A stretch of DNA of 64,000 nt from the human T2T-CHM13v2.0 reference genome, Homo sapiens. The translations under genes and the position numbers were made by a program. The stretch is from assembly GCF_009914755.1 (NCBI RefSeq), contig NC_060935.1, one strand, 5' to 3'. How positions within the stretch are numbered: the first letter of the stretch is position 1; each line of letters opens with the position of its first letter. Below, piece after piece: positions 26,986 through 39,530 of this stretch. Under the pieces are notes generated by a model. The model was not told where the DNA came from and searched no databases. It saw nothing but the letters and a program-made list of their open reading frames with translations.

Positions 26986-28454
26986 AGGAGGCAAGGAGAT
27001 TTGTTTGGAGTCTCTGACAATGGTATGGTGGGGGAGGATGAGGATCTGGAAAGGGCAGGCATTGTGGTAGCAAGAAAGAGGAAACCTGGAACTAAACACG
27101 CAAAAGCCTAGGCCATCCCCTGGGACCATCCTGCACAGGGCCTTTTCATCTTTGTGGTTCTTTCTGTGGGCCCCTGTGCCCGTGATCTGCCATGAGTCAG
27201 CGTCTAAGGATCCCCCAGGCCTCCTGTCTGTAAATTATTAACACCTCTCCTGTCCTCTGTTTAACTGCTTAGCCAAGGTCACCATCATTTCCTGCCCAGC
27301 CTGACTCCCCAGGTGCTCATAACTTGCCTATGAACGTTTGATGAAGGATGGCATTTGCCACGTGAGCAAGGGAAAGGAACCAAAGTTCACATAGTTCATT
27401 TTCAAGCACTCTTTTTTTCAGTCCAAGAGGTTTAAGTGCCTTTTCTCTGCTACTAAATAGCCCCTTTCAGTGGCTCTCTGCCCAGGTCTGCTTTGAGGGC
27501 CCTCTCTGTGAGTCGGCAGGCTCCTCTTCCACAGGCGCCTGTTTCTCTTCAGCTCTTCCATTTTTTTATGTGACTTGTTCTTTCTGTGTCTCACCCTTAC
27601 CCCCAAATAAATTGAACAAGGGGGTTTTGGGATCCTCCCTCAGGATAACTCAGCCATGGCCAACCATGCCCCCAACCACAAATGACTAAGAGTGTGAGGC
27701 CCTCCAAGCTGCCCACGTCTCCCTCTAGGCCAACTGTCAATTCTAAGCCATCCTTGCGGTTTCTTCTGGGAAAGCTATGGGCTATCCTTCACATCAACAA
27801 AACCCCTGGCGACCTGCCTGGGCCTGCCTGGTCGTGCTGGGGACTGTGCTGTGGTAACAGACAGGGCTTCTCTGTCCCATCCACATTCTACACCACGCTG
27901 GCACTGGGTGGGGACAGAGGAGTGGGCTGGGGTTGTTGTGATTAGAGTCCAATGCCCCAGATAGTGCCATCTGGAAAGGGCAGCCCCTGGAGATTACTTG
28001 GAAACTAGGGACACCTGGGGACAACAGTTAGCAGGTCTGAGATGGGGAATGCAGGGCTGAGGGTGGAATTTCAGGACATTTCAGTTTTCAGGAATGAGCT
28101 AGAAGCTAAGAGATGAATGTAGACCCTGTGGTAGAGTCTAACATGCCGATTCTGCAGAGGACGACCGATGGAACATAGACGCACATTTTTCAGTGAGGCC
28201 AGTTGGGAGATGAGATTGACAGCCAAAGGCTAAGATTGTGCTGGTGAATGGAGGCTAACAAGAAGGGCACAAGAAAAAAGTGGTGATTCAGGCCCTAGGT
28301 ACAGCTACCGGGGTTCCCTAACACTCTCACTTCATTTTCAGGAAAGCATAGCATTCAATTTCCATTTAGGACCTGTGCTTCCTTAGAGGCGCCCAGATAT
28401 TCTCCCGAGTTCACCCTTCTATTGGGATTGATTCTGAAAGCAGCAGTTAGTGGC

Positions 28455-28680
28455 TCATTCATTCATTCACAAGTTCCCATTGAGTCCATTGGCAGGTCCT
28501 GAGATACAATGGTGAGCAAAGTACAATCCCTAGCCTTCCAAGGTCCCAGGCCAGTGGAGAGGGCCGACTAGCAAACAGGGAATTACAGCTCATTGTGATG
28601 AGCGCTAGCATTGGACAGTTCCTCTGAAGAAAAGTCCCAGCTGCAGGAAGCAAAAGCAGTCCCACAGGGCGGGGGAAATG
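28455..28680 (-). mobile_element. L2 3' end
   Basis: tcattcattcattcacaagttcccattgag...gagatacaatggtgagcaaa. Confidence 0.65.
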
Positions 28681-30878
28681 GAAGGAAGCCGGGAAGCCAA
28701 AGAGGCATAGAGACTAACAGTAAAGGGATGTGAGGGGATTTGGATGGAGCGTCCAAATTCCTGACAGCAGCAGCCAATGCAAGCTTCCTTGTGAAGATAG
28801 ACTTCCTAAGGCGGTCACACCGCGCCCTGGAGCCGGGCAGGAGTTACCCAGGATAGGTTGAGAGGACTGAAGGGATGGGTTGGGAAGACGGTAGAAGAGG
28901 AAGGGCAGCTCAGGAGCAAATGCCTGCTCAGCAGAGCACAGTGGTCCCTCGTTCAAATGGACTCCACCCCCACCTCGGGCGGCTGCTTTTCCATTTGTGA
29001 ATAGCAAGATAACAACCTCAGGATATCTAACATTTTTTTTCTTACAAAACAAAACAAAAACATACGATACTACCTAGTTCCCTTTGAACTAGTTCCCTTT
29101 GAAGTGTTCTTGAGAATAACGTCTGCTCCAGACCTTGGTGGGCAGTGGCGGGTCATGGCCAGCTCCTTTACAGATGACCTTGATGCTGCAAGTCCCGCAG
29201 CATGTCTGCCTCCGCGCGGTCACCCATGAGCACCTGCCGCAGCCCACCGCCCTGGGATCCGAGGGAAGTGACCCCTTTAGAGGAAGAACTGCTCCTTTAT
29301 TGGCCACACCACCCAAATTCCGGTTCTGGGAAGACAGAAGAGGCTCCTGGCTGGGGGAGGAAACAAACCTCCTCAGAATTTCCTTTGAAAACATTTTCTA
29401 AGCGAAGGCAAATTAGCCTGAGGGGACATTTCTCTTGCCTTCTTTCAACTCCCCTTTCAAGTTAACAGAAATCTACACTTTTACACCTTGGTGACTGCGG
29501 CACTGAATGGTTCTGCCTCTGGAACATAAATCTAATATTTCTATCTCTGCCTTGAACAGGGCCACTTAATTTTTTAACCTGTAGAATGTCCAAATATCAG
29601 TGAAACTATAGAGTGTAAAGTGAGACCAATGCGTTTTGCAGATAGGGAAACTGAGGCACAATGTGGGAAAGTGGTTTATGAGGGGCAACAGGGACAGATC
29701 TAGAACATGGTGTTTAGTGGCCTGGTGCCCTTTCCCTTCCACTGTTCTGGGCAGGCCTTTCCAGCTCCAATGTGTGGATGGGAGTGAGAGGTGTAGGAGG
29801 GGCAGAGTCCACACAGCCCCCAAGCTAGGCCTTGTGTTCCCAACCCCTTTCTCTAGAGCTGCTTTTCCCCATTGTGGCCTGGGCCCTGACTCTCAGGGCC
29901 ACAGTGGCAGGTCTGCTGGGTGTATTGGGTAGAAGGCCAGGGTTAAGTTTCCTTTTAAGAAGTGTTGTGATGAAGCAGAATGATGAAGGGGTCTTGGTGG
30001 CAGAGTCCAGGGTCCTGTTCTTGGAACTTCTTCTGTGACATGGGCAAGGGCATTCTCATCCCTGGACGTCAGAGTCCCCACCTGGAAAATGGGAGTACAG
30101 GACCAGAAGACTCTGAAGGAACCAGCTCTGATTGCCAAGGCACCCCTGACTGTGGTGCCCGCTCACTCCTCTTTGCCTCAGACAAGCTGGACTTGTCTCC
30201 TTGCTTCACAGTTTGCTTGCCATTCTTGTGATTCTTGTGATGCTGGGTTCACAGTGTTGGTCCCTCCTTACCCTGGCAGACCGAAGGCTAAAACTGAAAT
30301 CTGAAATGAAGATGCAGACATTGGAGTGGAGAGGAAGTGGATTAGCCACATTTCTCCCACCCAGAGTGGGCTGCAATCCTGCCAAGGGACAGGGACCAGG
30401 CAAGCCAGAGAAACCTGCTTTGCAGCCAAGCCTGCTTATCTGCACTTCCACCTCATAAAAGCTACACTTCCTTCTTGTTCAGGAGGTCATGGATGCTGCT
30501 GAAAATCTTACTCCATTAGTAATGGGGTGAAACCCTTCAAGATGAGCTGGCACTGGGGAGCTGTGGCCATCTCTTAACCAGTCTTCTTAATCCACATCCC
30601 CTAAATGGAAGTATTCTCTTTACTGCTCTACTAGAGGCTAAGTTTCTGCTGAAAAACCCTAAATATAGTTTATGACCAAATGAAACTTCTTGTTATGCTA
30701 AGTACCTCCTTCACAGGTATTTTCTTCAACTTTTTGGGTCATGCACTTGGTTCTTCTCCATCCTTTTCTCAGAAATGTGTGGTTGAGAGGCAGGGAGATC
30801 AGTCATTCACTCCTTAGTGTGCAGACATGCAAAAGTTGTGCCTCACCTCTGGCATAAATGAGTGTTTTTTGTCCCCTG

Positions 30879-30922
30879 TGTATTAGTCAGGGTTCTCCAA
30901 AGAAACAGAACCAATAGAAAGG

Positions 30923-30970
<48 letters not shown>

Positions 30971-31439
30971 AGAGAGAGAAGAGAGATTATTATAAGGAAT
31001 TGGCTTATAGAATTATGGAGGCTGACAGGTCTCAAGATCTGCAGGGTAAGTCATCAAACTGGAGACCCAAGGGAACCAATGGTGTAGTTCCAGTCTAAAG
31101 GCTGGCAGACTCAAGATCTGGAAAGAACTGATGCTACAATTCAAAGGCAGGGGAAACAAACAAACAAACAAACAAACAAACAAACAGCAATGTCCCAGTT
31201 GGAAGGCCATCAGGCAGGAGAAATTCCGCCTCATTGGGAAGAGGGTCAGCTTACTTGTTCTGTTCAAGCCTTTAACTGACTGAATGAGACCCATTCACAT
31301 TAGGGAGGGCAAGCTGCTTTCCTGGGTCTACTAATCTAAATGTTACCATTATCCGAAACACCCTTACAAAATAATGTTTGATCAAATATCTGGGAATCCT
31401 GTGGCCTAGTCAAGCTGGCACATAAAATTAGCCATTACA
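30879..31439 (-). mobile_element. MLT2B-like ERVL solo LTR
   Basis: tgtattagtcagggttctccaaagaaacagaaccaatag ... cacataaaattagccattaca. Confidence 0.85.
30925..30978. repeat. (GT)n(AG)n compound microsatellite
   Basis: About 20 GT units followed by AG units. Confidence 0.95.
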
Positions 31440-33043
31440 CCCCCCTAAAGAAATTCAATTAATTCATAATCCAGGGAATAGAATTTTGGGGAAATTTTGG
31501 GGCCAGCAAAATTACACTATATGGAGATTAGTAACAAAAGTCTTTTTACCCTAATGGTTGGACAGCCTCATGTCCTGAAACATTTTGCTAATTGAGGCTT
31601 AATGGCGTGATCATTCTCATTTTCCTTATTTTGCCGTCTGTGTTTGAACTTTGAAAGAACGGTCTATTGCGCGAAAATGCTTTGTAGGCACAAGTTTTAT
31701 CTGACATTAATCCAAGAATAAGCCTTTTTTGAGTTGTTCAGTCATTTACAATTCCTTTAATCAAGAAAGCCATAGCAAATGATTAACATTTCTCTGTGAT
31801 TCCAAGTTGACTCCCCAAAAAGCAAAAGAAAAATGCTCAGTTGTGAGAACGTTGAACAAGGGTGTGATTACGCTGAAGAAAATTGTCATGTAAGAATCAT
31901 TTCAAGGAAATAAATAAAAGGCAGATGCACCCTTTTCATCCCCACCTAAAGGAGAAAAAAAAAGTGCTATCCTAACATCTACATCAAGGTAAGGAAAGCT
32001 CCAGATGAGTTTGTTGTGGTTACGTTACTAAAGCAGCGGGGTCATGATGCTGCTGACTCTTCATTTAAGCGACTCTGTCTGAGTAGATGTGGGTGACGAT
32101 GATCTTCCCAGGCAAACAGCAGTAGAAAGTAAGCAGGTATTGAATTCCATATTATTAAATATGGGGCCAGAAGTCTAGATGAGGGTCCTCAGACTGTCTC
32201 CACTACCAAATAGAGCAAGAAAATTAAAGCACCGGCATAGGTAGAGAAGTAAACTCAACCCACCTTGCTCCCCTGAATCTTAACTATGCTGCCCCCTGGT
32301 ATGTGAAGACATAATACAACTGTCAGTGTTCAATTGCAGAAAGAGGAGCTCTCCATCTATCTGGGTGGAAGGGTATTAAATTTACAGAAACAATGGCAGG
32401 ACTGAAGAAACAGACTCCTGGTTGAGCTTCCAGGAATGACACCCAAAGCCACACTGCAGATCAAGATCTCAAGGGGCCTGCTGCTCCTGTCACAATCAGG
32501 AGGCCATCTCTGCATCTGCACCTGCTGGCTCCAGAACTATCACGCTTCTGCTGTGGCCTGCATCAGCAAAATAAAATGCTTTGTGAAACAAATGAAATGC
32601 CGCCTCTCTCCCAGAGGGATTCAGTTCCCAACCAGTATCATGAGCGTCAGATTGAGGGTACCTAAATCAAACCCAGAACTCAAGCTAGAAGGAGTCTAGG
32701 AAGTGTAGTGTTTAGTGATCAACCTATGCAGTGCAGAACGGCACTCAGGAGAGAGACAATTTACAACTATGACACAGTGCAGGCACTCGTGGTGTAGCAG
32801 GAGAGCACAGGTTCAGAAGCACACGCTTTACCTTTTTGAGCATCAATTCCTTACTCCTTAAAAATGGAGATAAAACCTTGTAGAATTAAATGAAGTACAT
32901 GTTCAAAGTTTTCATAATACTACTACTTCTAATAATAATAAGTCCCATAAATGTCAGTTTCCTTTTCAACTTGAACTGGAAATCCAGGTCATGACTAATG
33001 TGAATCAGTCAAATTGATTTCTTTTAGGGAAGTTTGTTTAATA

Positions 33044-33334
33044 TTTGTTTTTGTTTTTGTTTTGTTTTGAGACAGAGCCTCACTCTGTTGCCCAGGCTAA
33101 AGTGCAGTGGCACGATTACAACTCATAGCAGCCTCAACCTCCTGGGCTCAGGTGATCCTCCCACCTCAGCCTCTTGAGTAGCTGGGACTATAGGCACAAG
33201 CCACCATGCCCAGCTAATTTTTGTATTTTTTGTAGAGATGGGGTTTTGCCATGTTGCCCAGCTGGGCTCAAGCAATTTGCTTGCCTTGACCTCCCAAAGT
33301 GCTGGGATTACAGGCGTGAGCCACAGCCCCCAGC
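33044..33334 (-). mobile_element. AluJ
   Basis: Alu dimer, J-type cagcctcaacctcctgggctcagg. Confidence 0.88.
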
Positions 33335-33734
33335 TATAATAGTTATTTTGAAGCACAAATATTCAATTCTCAATTCAGCCAACACTGGCTGAATTCTTAC
33401 AGTGTGCAAGGTGCTGCACAAAAGTCCGCTGGGCTACACAGATGGGTAAGCCATGTCTCATCTCTGTCTCTCAGGGTCTCTCACTTATAGAAGGAGGTTG
33501 GGCGATCAGAAAAGCCATCGAAAAGGGAATGGTTGAGATGAGCCTTAACTAAGGTAACTATCTGATTTATCATTCAAGTCAGTCCCTCTGAGAACGATCC
33601 AGGGACTGCTAATAATTACACTAAAGCGACAGGTGTAAACCAGAGCTGTCCTGAAAAAACCAGGATATGGAGTCACTCTAGCCTTAAAGGATGCAGCTAT
33701 CAAGTCTGTCAGTTTTGCAATAATCCCATAGGTC

Positions 33735-34041
33735 TTTTTTTTTTTTTTTTTTTTTGAGAAAGAGTCATGCTTTGTCACCCAGGCTGGAGTGAAGTGCCAT
33801 GATCGTGGCTCACTGTGACCTCTGCCTCCTGGGTTCAAGCAATTCTTGTGCCTCAGCCTCCTGGGTAGCTGAAATTACAGGCCCATGCCACCACACCCAG
33901 CTAATTTTTTTGTATTTTTGTAGAGGCGGGGCTTTACCATGTTGCCCAGACTGGTCTCAAACTCCTCCTAAGCTCAGGCAAACCGCCCACCTTGGCCTCC
34001 CAAAGTGCTAGGATTATAGGCATGAGCCACCACGGCTGGCC
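33735..34041 (-). mobile_element. Alu (J/S)
   Basis: Poly-T plus Alu dimer; TSD ccatagg(t/c)ct. Confidence 0.9.
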
Positions 34042-34347
34042 CCATAGGCCTAACTTAAAATTGCTTATTTCAGGGTCATGTACTGTCTTGGCCTTAGGCT
34101 GAAAATAATCAATAGAAAGAAAATGACATGTACTACACTAGACTTGGTTACAAGTGACAGAAACCCAACCCAGACTAGCTTGAGCAACAAGGGGACCTTT
34201 TTGGATCACATAACCATGGGGTGACATGGGCTCTGGAATTAGAGAACAGGGCACATGAACTTCATCAGTGCTCTATCGCTCATATGCTGTTCTCTGTTTC
34301 TTGTCTCTGCATCTATCAACATATGAACCTTATCCTCTCAAAAAGAC

Positions 34348-34745
34348 TGTATTAGGCCATTCTTGCATTACTATCAAGGAATACCTGAGATTGGGTAATT
34401 TATAAAGAAAAGAGGTTTAATTGCCTCACAGTTCTTTAGGCTGTTCCTGCATGGTGCCACCATCTTCTCAGCTTCTGGGGAGGCCTCAAGGAGCTTTTAC
34501 TTATGGCAGAAGGTGAAGCAGGAGCAGGCACATCATATGGCCGAGCAGGAGCAAGAGAGAGAAGGAGGAAGGTGCCACATATTTTAAATAATCATGTTTT
34601 ACAAGGACAGCACCAAGGGATGGTGCTGAACCATTCATGAGAGATCCCCCACCCCGTGGTCCAGTTACCTCCCAACAGGACCCACCTTCATCACTGAGGA
34701 TTGTATTTTAACATGAGATTTGGAGGGGATATCCAAACTATATTA
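34348..34745 (-). mobile_element. MSTB-like MaLR solo LTR nested in an older MLT1 remnant
   Basis: tgtattaggccattcttgcattactatcaagg ... gatttggaggggatatccaaactatatta. Confidence 0.85.
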
Positions 34746-34974
34746 CTAACCTTCTTTCCAAGGATGGGCCAATGTTCCCAAAAGTTGCAAGCTCATATCT
34801 TCCCTGCATCACCATCTGAGAAAAACTCTTCTCAGCTCCAGTTCAAAAACTCCCAGCAATTATTCTGATTGGTCTGCTTTGGGTCATGTGCCCAGCCCCT
34901 GGACCAGCCACTATGGCCAAGGGGGAGGATATCAGTGCACCCTAAAACTACACTGGAGTGAGGGGGTCAAAGCG

Positions 34975-35516
34975 GTAACCATTACCCCATTTTCCTAAAA
35001 TTTATCTTTACCTTTTCTCTTTTTCCCTGTGTGTTCACCTCTTACTTAGCTTCTTATGAATGCAAATGTAAACTTTACCCTCCTTTCTCTCTGCTGGCCA
35101 GACCACCTGCAAGCATTGCTAGCTCTATATTTGCTTAGAAGTTCAAGGGACAAATTCTTCGAACCAAACCAGGCACCTTCTGGAATTCTCTCCCACCAGG
35201 AGATTGTCTCAAGATGGCAGTTAATCCATAATCTGCCCATAATGGCGCTGGCCAGACCACCGATGACCCATTACTAGAGATAAGTTGTGGAGCAAGTCAT
35301 GTAGACCCTCACCTCCACGCCCTTCTACATAGCCCACATACCAAAATTTCTCTTCTTAAAACCCTGCTTTCTGCCTAGAAAGCTAAAGTGGCTTAGATAT
35401 GAATCTGGCTCTTTCCCATTGCTAAGCTCTGGAATAAAGTCACTTTCTTTATACCACCTCATGCTTGTTATTTGGTTTTGCCAAGTGGCAAGCAGCCGAA
35501 ACCGTGTTTGGTAACA
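34975..35516 (+). mobile_element. ERV solo LTR (MER54/MER73/LTR47-like)
   Basis: gtaacc...aataaagtcactttc...caagtggcaagcagccgaaaccgtgtttggtaaca; near-TSD aagcg/aaggg; subfamily uncertain. Confidence 0.6.
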
Positions 35517-35944
35517 AAGGGGCTATTCCTGGAAAAGAAAGGGAGGCTGGATGAACTGGAGAATACAATTACAACAGGGGGCTTTGAAAAGATCTGCATT
35601 TCCTAAGTATAAACCACTTATCTGGATATCCTCATTTCTAAAGCAAACTCTTCAGTTTAAGTTTCCTTGTTTGATTGTCTACACTGACCAAGGACTCAGA
35701 TGATTACCAAAGATCCACTGTGCTCTGGCCTGCCTAGCAAACTTACAGCAAGGATCAGTCATTCACAAAGTCCAGAATAAGGAATAAATCCCCCAACAAG
35801 CAGACAAGCATTTAAATAGGCCAAATAAATAAATTCAGCCAATGAAAAATACATAAATTTCATAATAATTTCAAAAACATCACAGAGAGGGAGGCATGGG
35901 TAGAGAATGATGGACATACTTAGCATCAGAAAAAACAGACTAAT

Positions 35945-36214
35945 TTATTTATTTTGAGACAGGGTCTCATTCTTTTGTCCAGGCTGGAGTACAGTGGCAT
36001 GATCATAGCTCACTGCAGTCTCCTTCTGTCAGGCTCAAGTGATCCTCATGTCTCAGCCTCCCGAGCAGATGGGACTACAGACACAAGACCATGATTGACT
36101 TATTTTATTTTTTATTTTCGCTGTGTTGTCCAGACTGCTGTCGCATTCCTCAGCTCAAGCAATTTTTTGCCTCAGTCTCCCTAAATGCTGGGATTATAGG
36201 CATGAGCCACCAGC
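35945..36214 (-). mobile_element. AluJ, degraded
   Basis: ggcatgatcatagctcactgcag...gctgggattataggcatgagccacc. Confidence 0.85.
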
Positions 36215-36402
36215 CAGAACTATTTATAGGTTGTTAGATTTTGGAAAAGTTCAAATTCTCTGACCCTCAGTATTCCCATCTCTTAGATAGAAAGATTAAT
36301 ACCTTCCTCATGGGTACTGAGAAGGTTAAATAGGGTAACATCAATAAAAGGATTAAAAAGTGTGCTTTCTTTACTTCTGCCCCATGCCAGTCAGGGAGTT
36401 TA

Positions 36403-36692
36403 TTTATTTAGGGATGGAATTTCACTCTTGTTGCCCAGGCTGGAGAGCAATGGTGTGATCTTGGCTGACTGCAACCTCCACCTCCTGAGTCCAAACGATT
36501 CTCCTACCTCAACCTCCTGAGTAGCTGGGATTCAGGTGTCTCTCACGATGCCCAGCTAATTTTTGTATTTTTAGTAGAGACAGGGTTTCACTGTGTTGGC
36601 CAGGCTGGTCTTGAACTCCTGACCTCAGGTGATCCACCCATCTTGGCCTCCGAAAGTGCTGGGATTACAGGCATGAGCCACCACGCCCGGCC
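36403..36692 (-). mobile_element. AluS
   Basis: Full dimer; TSD cagtcagg(g/a)agttta. Confidence 0.9.
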
Positions 36693-37805
36693 CAGTCAGG
36701 AAGTTTATACGAGCAATCAAGGAAAGCTTCTGGAATATCTATGTCCAGAAAAGTGCTTTGAGAGAAGTAATGCTCTGTTTCCCAGTAAAATGGCATTAGG
36801 GACAACACATGAAGATGACTGATATTTTTTTCATTTATTACAAAGGTGGTTTGGAACCTCTACCTTGTCTGTTTACACCCCTGAAGCAATTACCATGTGC
36901 ACCACTCCCCTGGCACAGACCACAGATGGCATCGTTCAATTAGCTATTGTTTGGTGTGTGTGAATTCCACCCTAACCAGTGACCTAAGGCACTTAATTTA
37001 ACCTCTCAGCCTCATTCTCCAAGTTTTAAAACTGAGTTTAATAATACTTCACAGAGTTGTTGTGAAGACTAAAGATAATGTATGAAAAGTACCGGGTAGT
37101 GTGCCTGGCACATAGGAGTCCTAACAAGCATTTCTGTCTGTTCTCTTCTCCTGTACCCAAACCTAACCAGAGAATAGAGTCTATTAGAAATCTATGCTCC
37201 ATTAACATGAAAAATTTGAAGCTTGTTTTACTAACAAGTCCAGTATGGAGTACCTCTGTTGAGAACTACGGACCCCATGTCCCTCGAGTCACAAAATTCC
37301 CTATGCCACACGTTTATATCTAGCCAGCATGGATAGGTTTTTGCCTTGGATCATGTCAGCCAGCCACTAGATGGATCCTGATCTAAACTCAGTGGACCTT
37401 GTTGCGATTTCCAATGGACTTTGACTATTTCTCTTTGAGATAAATGTAGGAGCCTGTGTTTATCTCCTGTTTGGGATCCTGTTATGTAGACTGTTGATTT
37501 TCTCCATTGGAAGTCAGTTCCTACATTACCATTTTCTTAGTCTATTTTGTTCCAGCTTCTTTTTCTTGTCCACAGACTGACCAGCCTCCGAAGCCCCAGC
37601 AATGCCTAGTGACTCAATTCCTCCAAGTTTTAATAGTGAACTCTGAGTTTAGACAGATAGGATAGTGCATCATCTAGGTTTTTGAAAGACAGTTTTTGTG
37701 GGATTGCTAAATCAGTGTATTTTTATACTATTTGGACTGAAAAGATCATCTATCAATATTGATCGAATCAGATCCTTCCTTATCAATTGCCTTGGATCAG
37801 CTTCT

Positions 37806-38109
37806 TTTTTTCTCTCTCCCTTTATTTATTGAGACAGGATCTCACTCTGTGCCAAAGGCCGGAGTGCAATGGCGTGATCACAGCTCACTGCAGCCTCAAC
37901 CTCCCAGGATCAAGTGATCCTCCCAGCTCAGCCTCCTGAGTAGCTGAGACTATAGGCACATGCCACCATACTGGGCTAATTTTTACATTTTCTTATAGAG
38001 ATGGGGTCTTCCTATACTGCCCAGGCTGGTCTTGAACACCTGGGCTCAAGTGATTCTCCCACCTCAGCCTCCCAAAGTGCTGGGATAGGTGTGAGCCACC
38101 ATGCCCAGC
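37806..38109 (-). mobile_element. AluJ inserted in an old MLT1-like LTR (~37790-38450)
   Basis: Alu dimer; TSD g(a/g)tcagct(t/g)cttt. Confidence 0.85.
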
Positions 38110-38935
38110 AGGTCAGCTGCTTTAGAAACAGACCCTGCGTCAAGCTTTTGTGTGCAAGGGTTATATTAAAGAAGCACTCCCAGGAGAAACCGGTAAGAGA
38201 ACCAGAGAAGCAGAAAAAGGAAAGAAAAGAGGCTCGATCAGGGAGAGACTTGAGACCAAGTCACAGAGTCAGTTTGATGCCACAGGGGAGCCTCAGGGGA
38301 GATAAATTACATCTTAGAGTTTATCCAAACTCAAGGTAAGGGAACTGGGGTCCCCACGACTGCATCATTGGCACAAGAACACAGAAGCTGGAAACAACAT
38401 TTGAGATGGTAAAGAGGATGCAGGGAGATCTGGGCAGAGCCTTGGCACTGCCCTCTACTCCAAGATTTCCTGCTGGAGGGTCATATATTAAATATACCCT
38501 GCTTTCACACCTTTGCAAAAAGGAGAACTTATTGTTTTATGATTCATCACTTTTCAGTGTTTAGCAAGGCTAATATTAGCCCTTATTGGGGCTCAAATAC
38601 ATGTCTCTGTAACTTCCACTCATTGGTTCTAAGCAATTAGTCAATTATCAAAACTCATCAGCCATTTATTGAGCACTATTATGTGCTGAGAAATACACAA
38701 AGTGCTGGTTTATTCTATCACAGACCATGGTCTCTATTCCTTCTAGCTTTACAACATCTCTAAATTTGATAAGTACATCATCAACTTTTGACAAAAGCAT
38801 GAATAAAACCACCACATAGGACAGGGTCAAGGATCATGCCACTTGATCAATATTTGGGAGGGTATAATTTTCAACCAGTTGTTCAAAATTTCCTAACTAT
38901 GTCGAGACCCGTTTTCTCCATCTGGCTCAAAATAT

Positions 38936-39530
38936 TTTATGACTTCACCTTTAGCCCAGATGAGATAAAGCAGCTAGATACCATGAACAAAAATTGGCAA
39001 TATATCATGCCCATGCTTAAGATGGATGGAATGAGGGTCCTAAGAAATTCAGGGCACCTCTGTACCCCTTTAGTTGTACTGAGAGCACAACTTCCTGGCT
39101 TCTTTTCCAGCTCTTCAGCGATGAGGTCCTGTCATCCACAGAACGAAGGACTTAATAGGCCGGGTGCAGTGGCTCATGCCTCTAATCCTAGCACTTTGGA
39201 AGGCCAAAGCAGGTGACTCACTTGAGGTCAAGAGTTTGAGACCAGCCTCGCCAACATGGTGAAACCCCATCTCTACTTAAAAAAAAAAAAAAAAAACAGG
39301 AAAAAAAATTAGCTGGGCATGGTGGTACATGCCTGTAATCCCAGCTACCTGTGAGGCTGAGGCACGAGAATCGCTTGAACCCAGGAGGCGGAGGTTGTAG
39401 TTAGCTGAAATCGTGCCACTGCACTTCAGCCTGAGTGACAGAGCGAGACTCTTCTCAAAAAAAAAAAAGAAAAAAAAGCACTTAATAAAGCTGTTGAGGC
39501 ATCAAAAATAAATACATTAATTACAATTAA
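38936..39530 (+). pseudogene. 5'-truncated processed pseudogene of AKR1A1 (aldehyde reductase): C-terminus, 3'UTR and poly-A, split by an Alu
   Basis: FYDFTFSPDEIKQLDTMNKNWQYIMPMLKMDGMRVLRNSGH resembles the recalled AKR1A1 C-terminus [41 protein letters not shown]; tactga stop near 39080; AATAAA 39484-89; decayed A tail from 39504. Confidence 0.88.
39158..39475 (+). mobile_element. AluS with expanded middle A-tract
   Basis: Full dimer; TSD aag(g/c)acttaata at 39146-57 and 39476-87. Confidence 0.92.

Noticed and set aside
38836-39216. 126-aa ORF as a functional AKR gene
   Set aside because: Only the middle ~45 aa match AKR1A1. It is frameshifted before the stop, runs into an Alu and lacks the catalytic domain.
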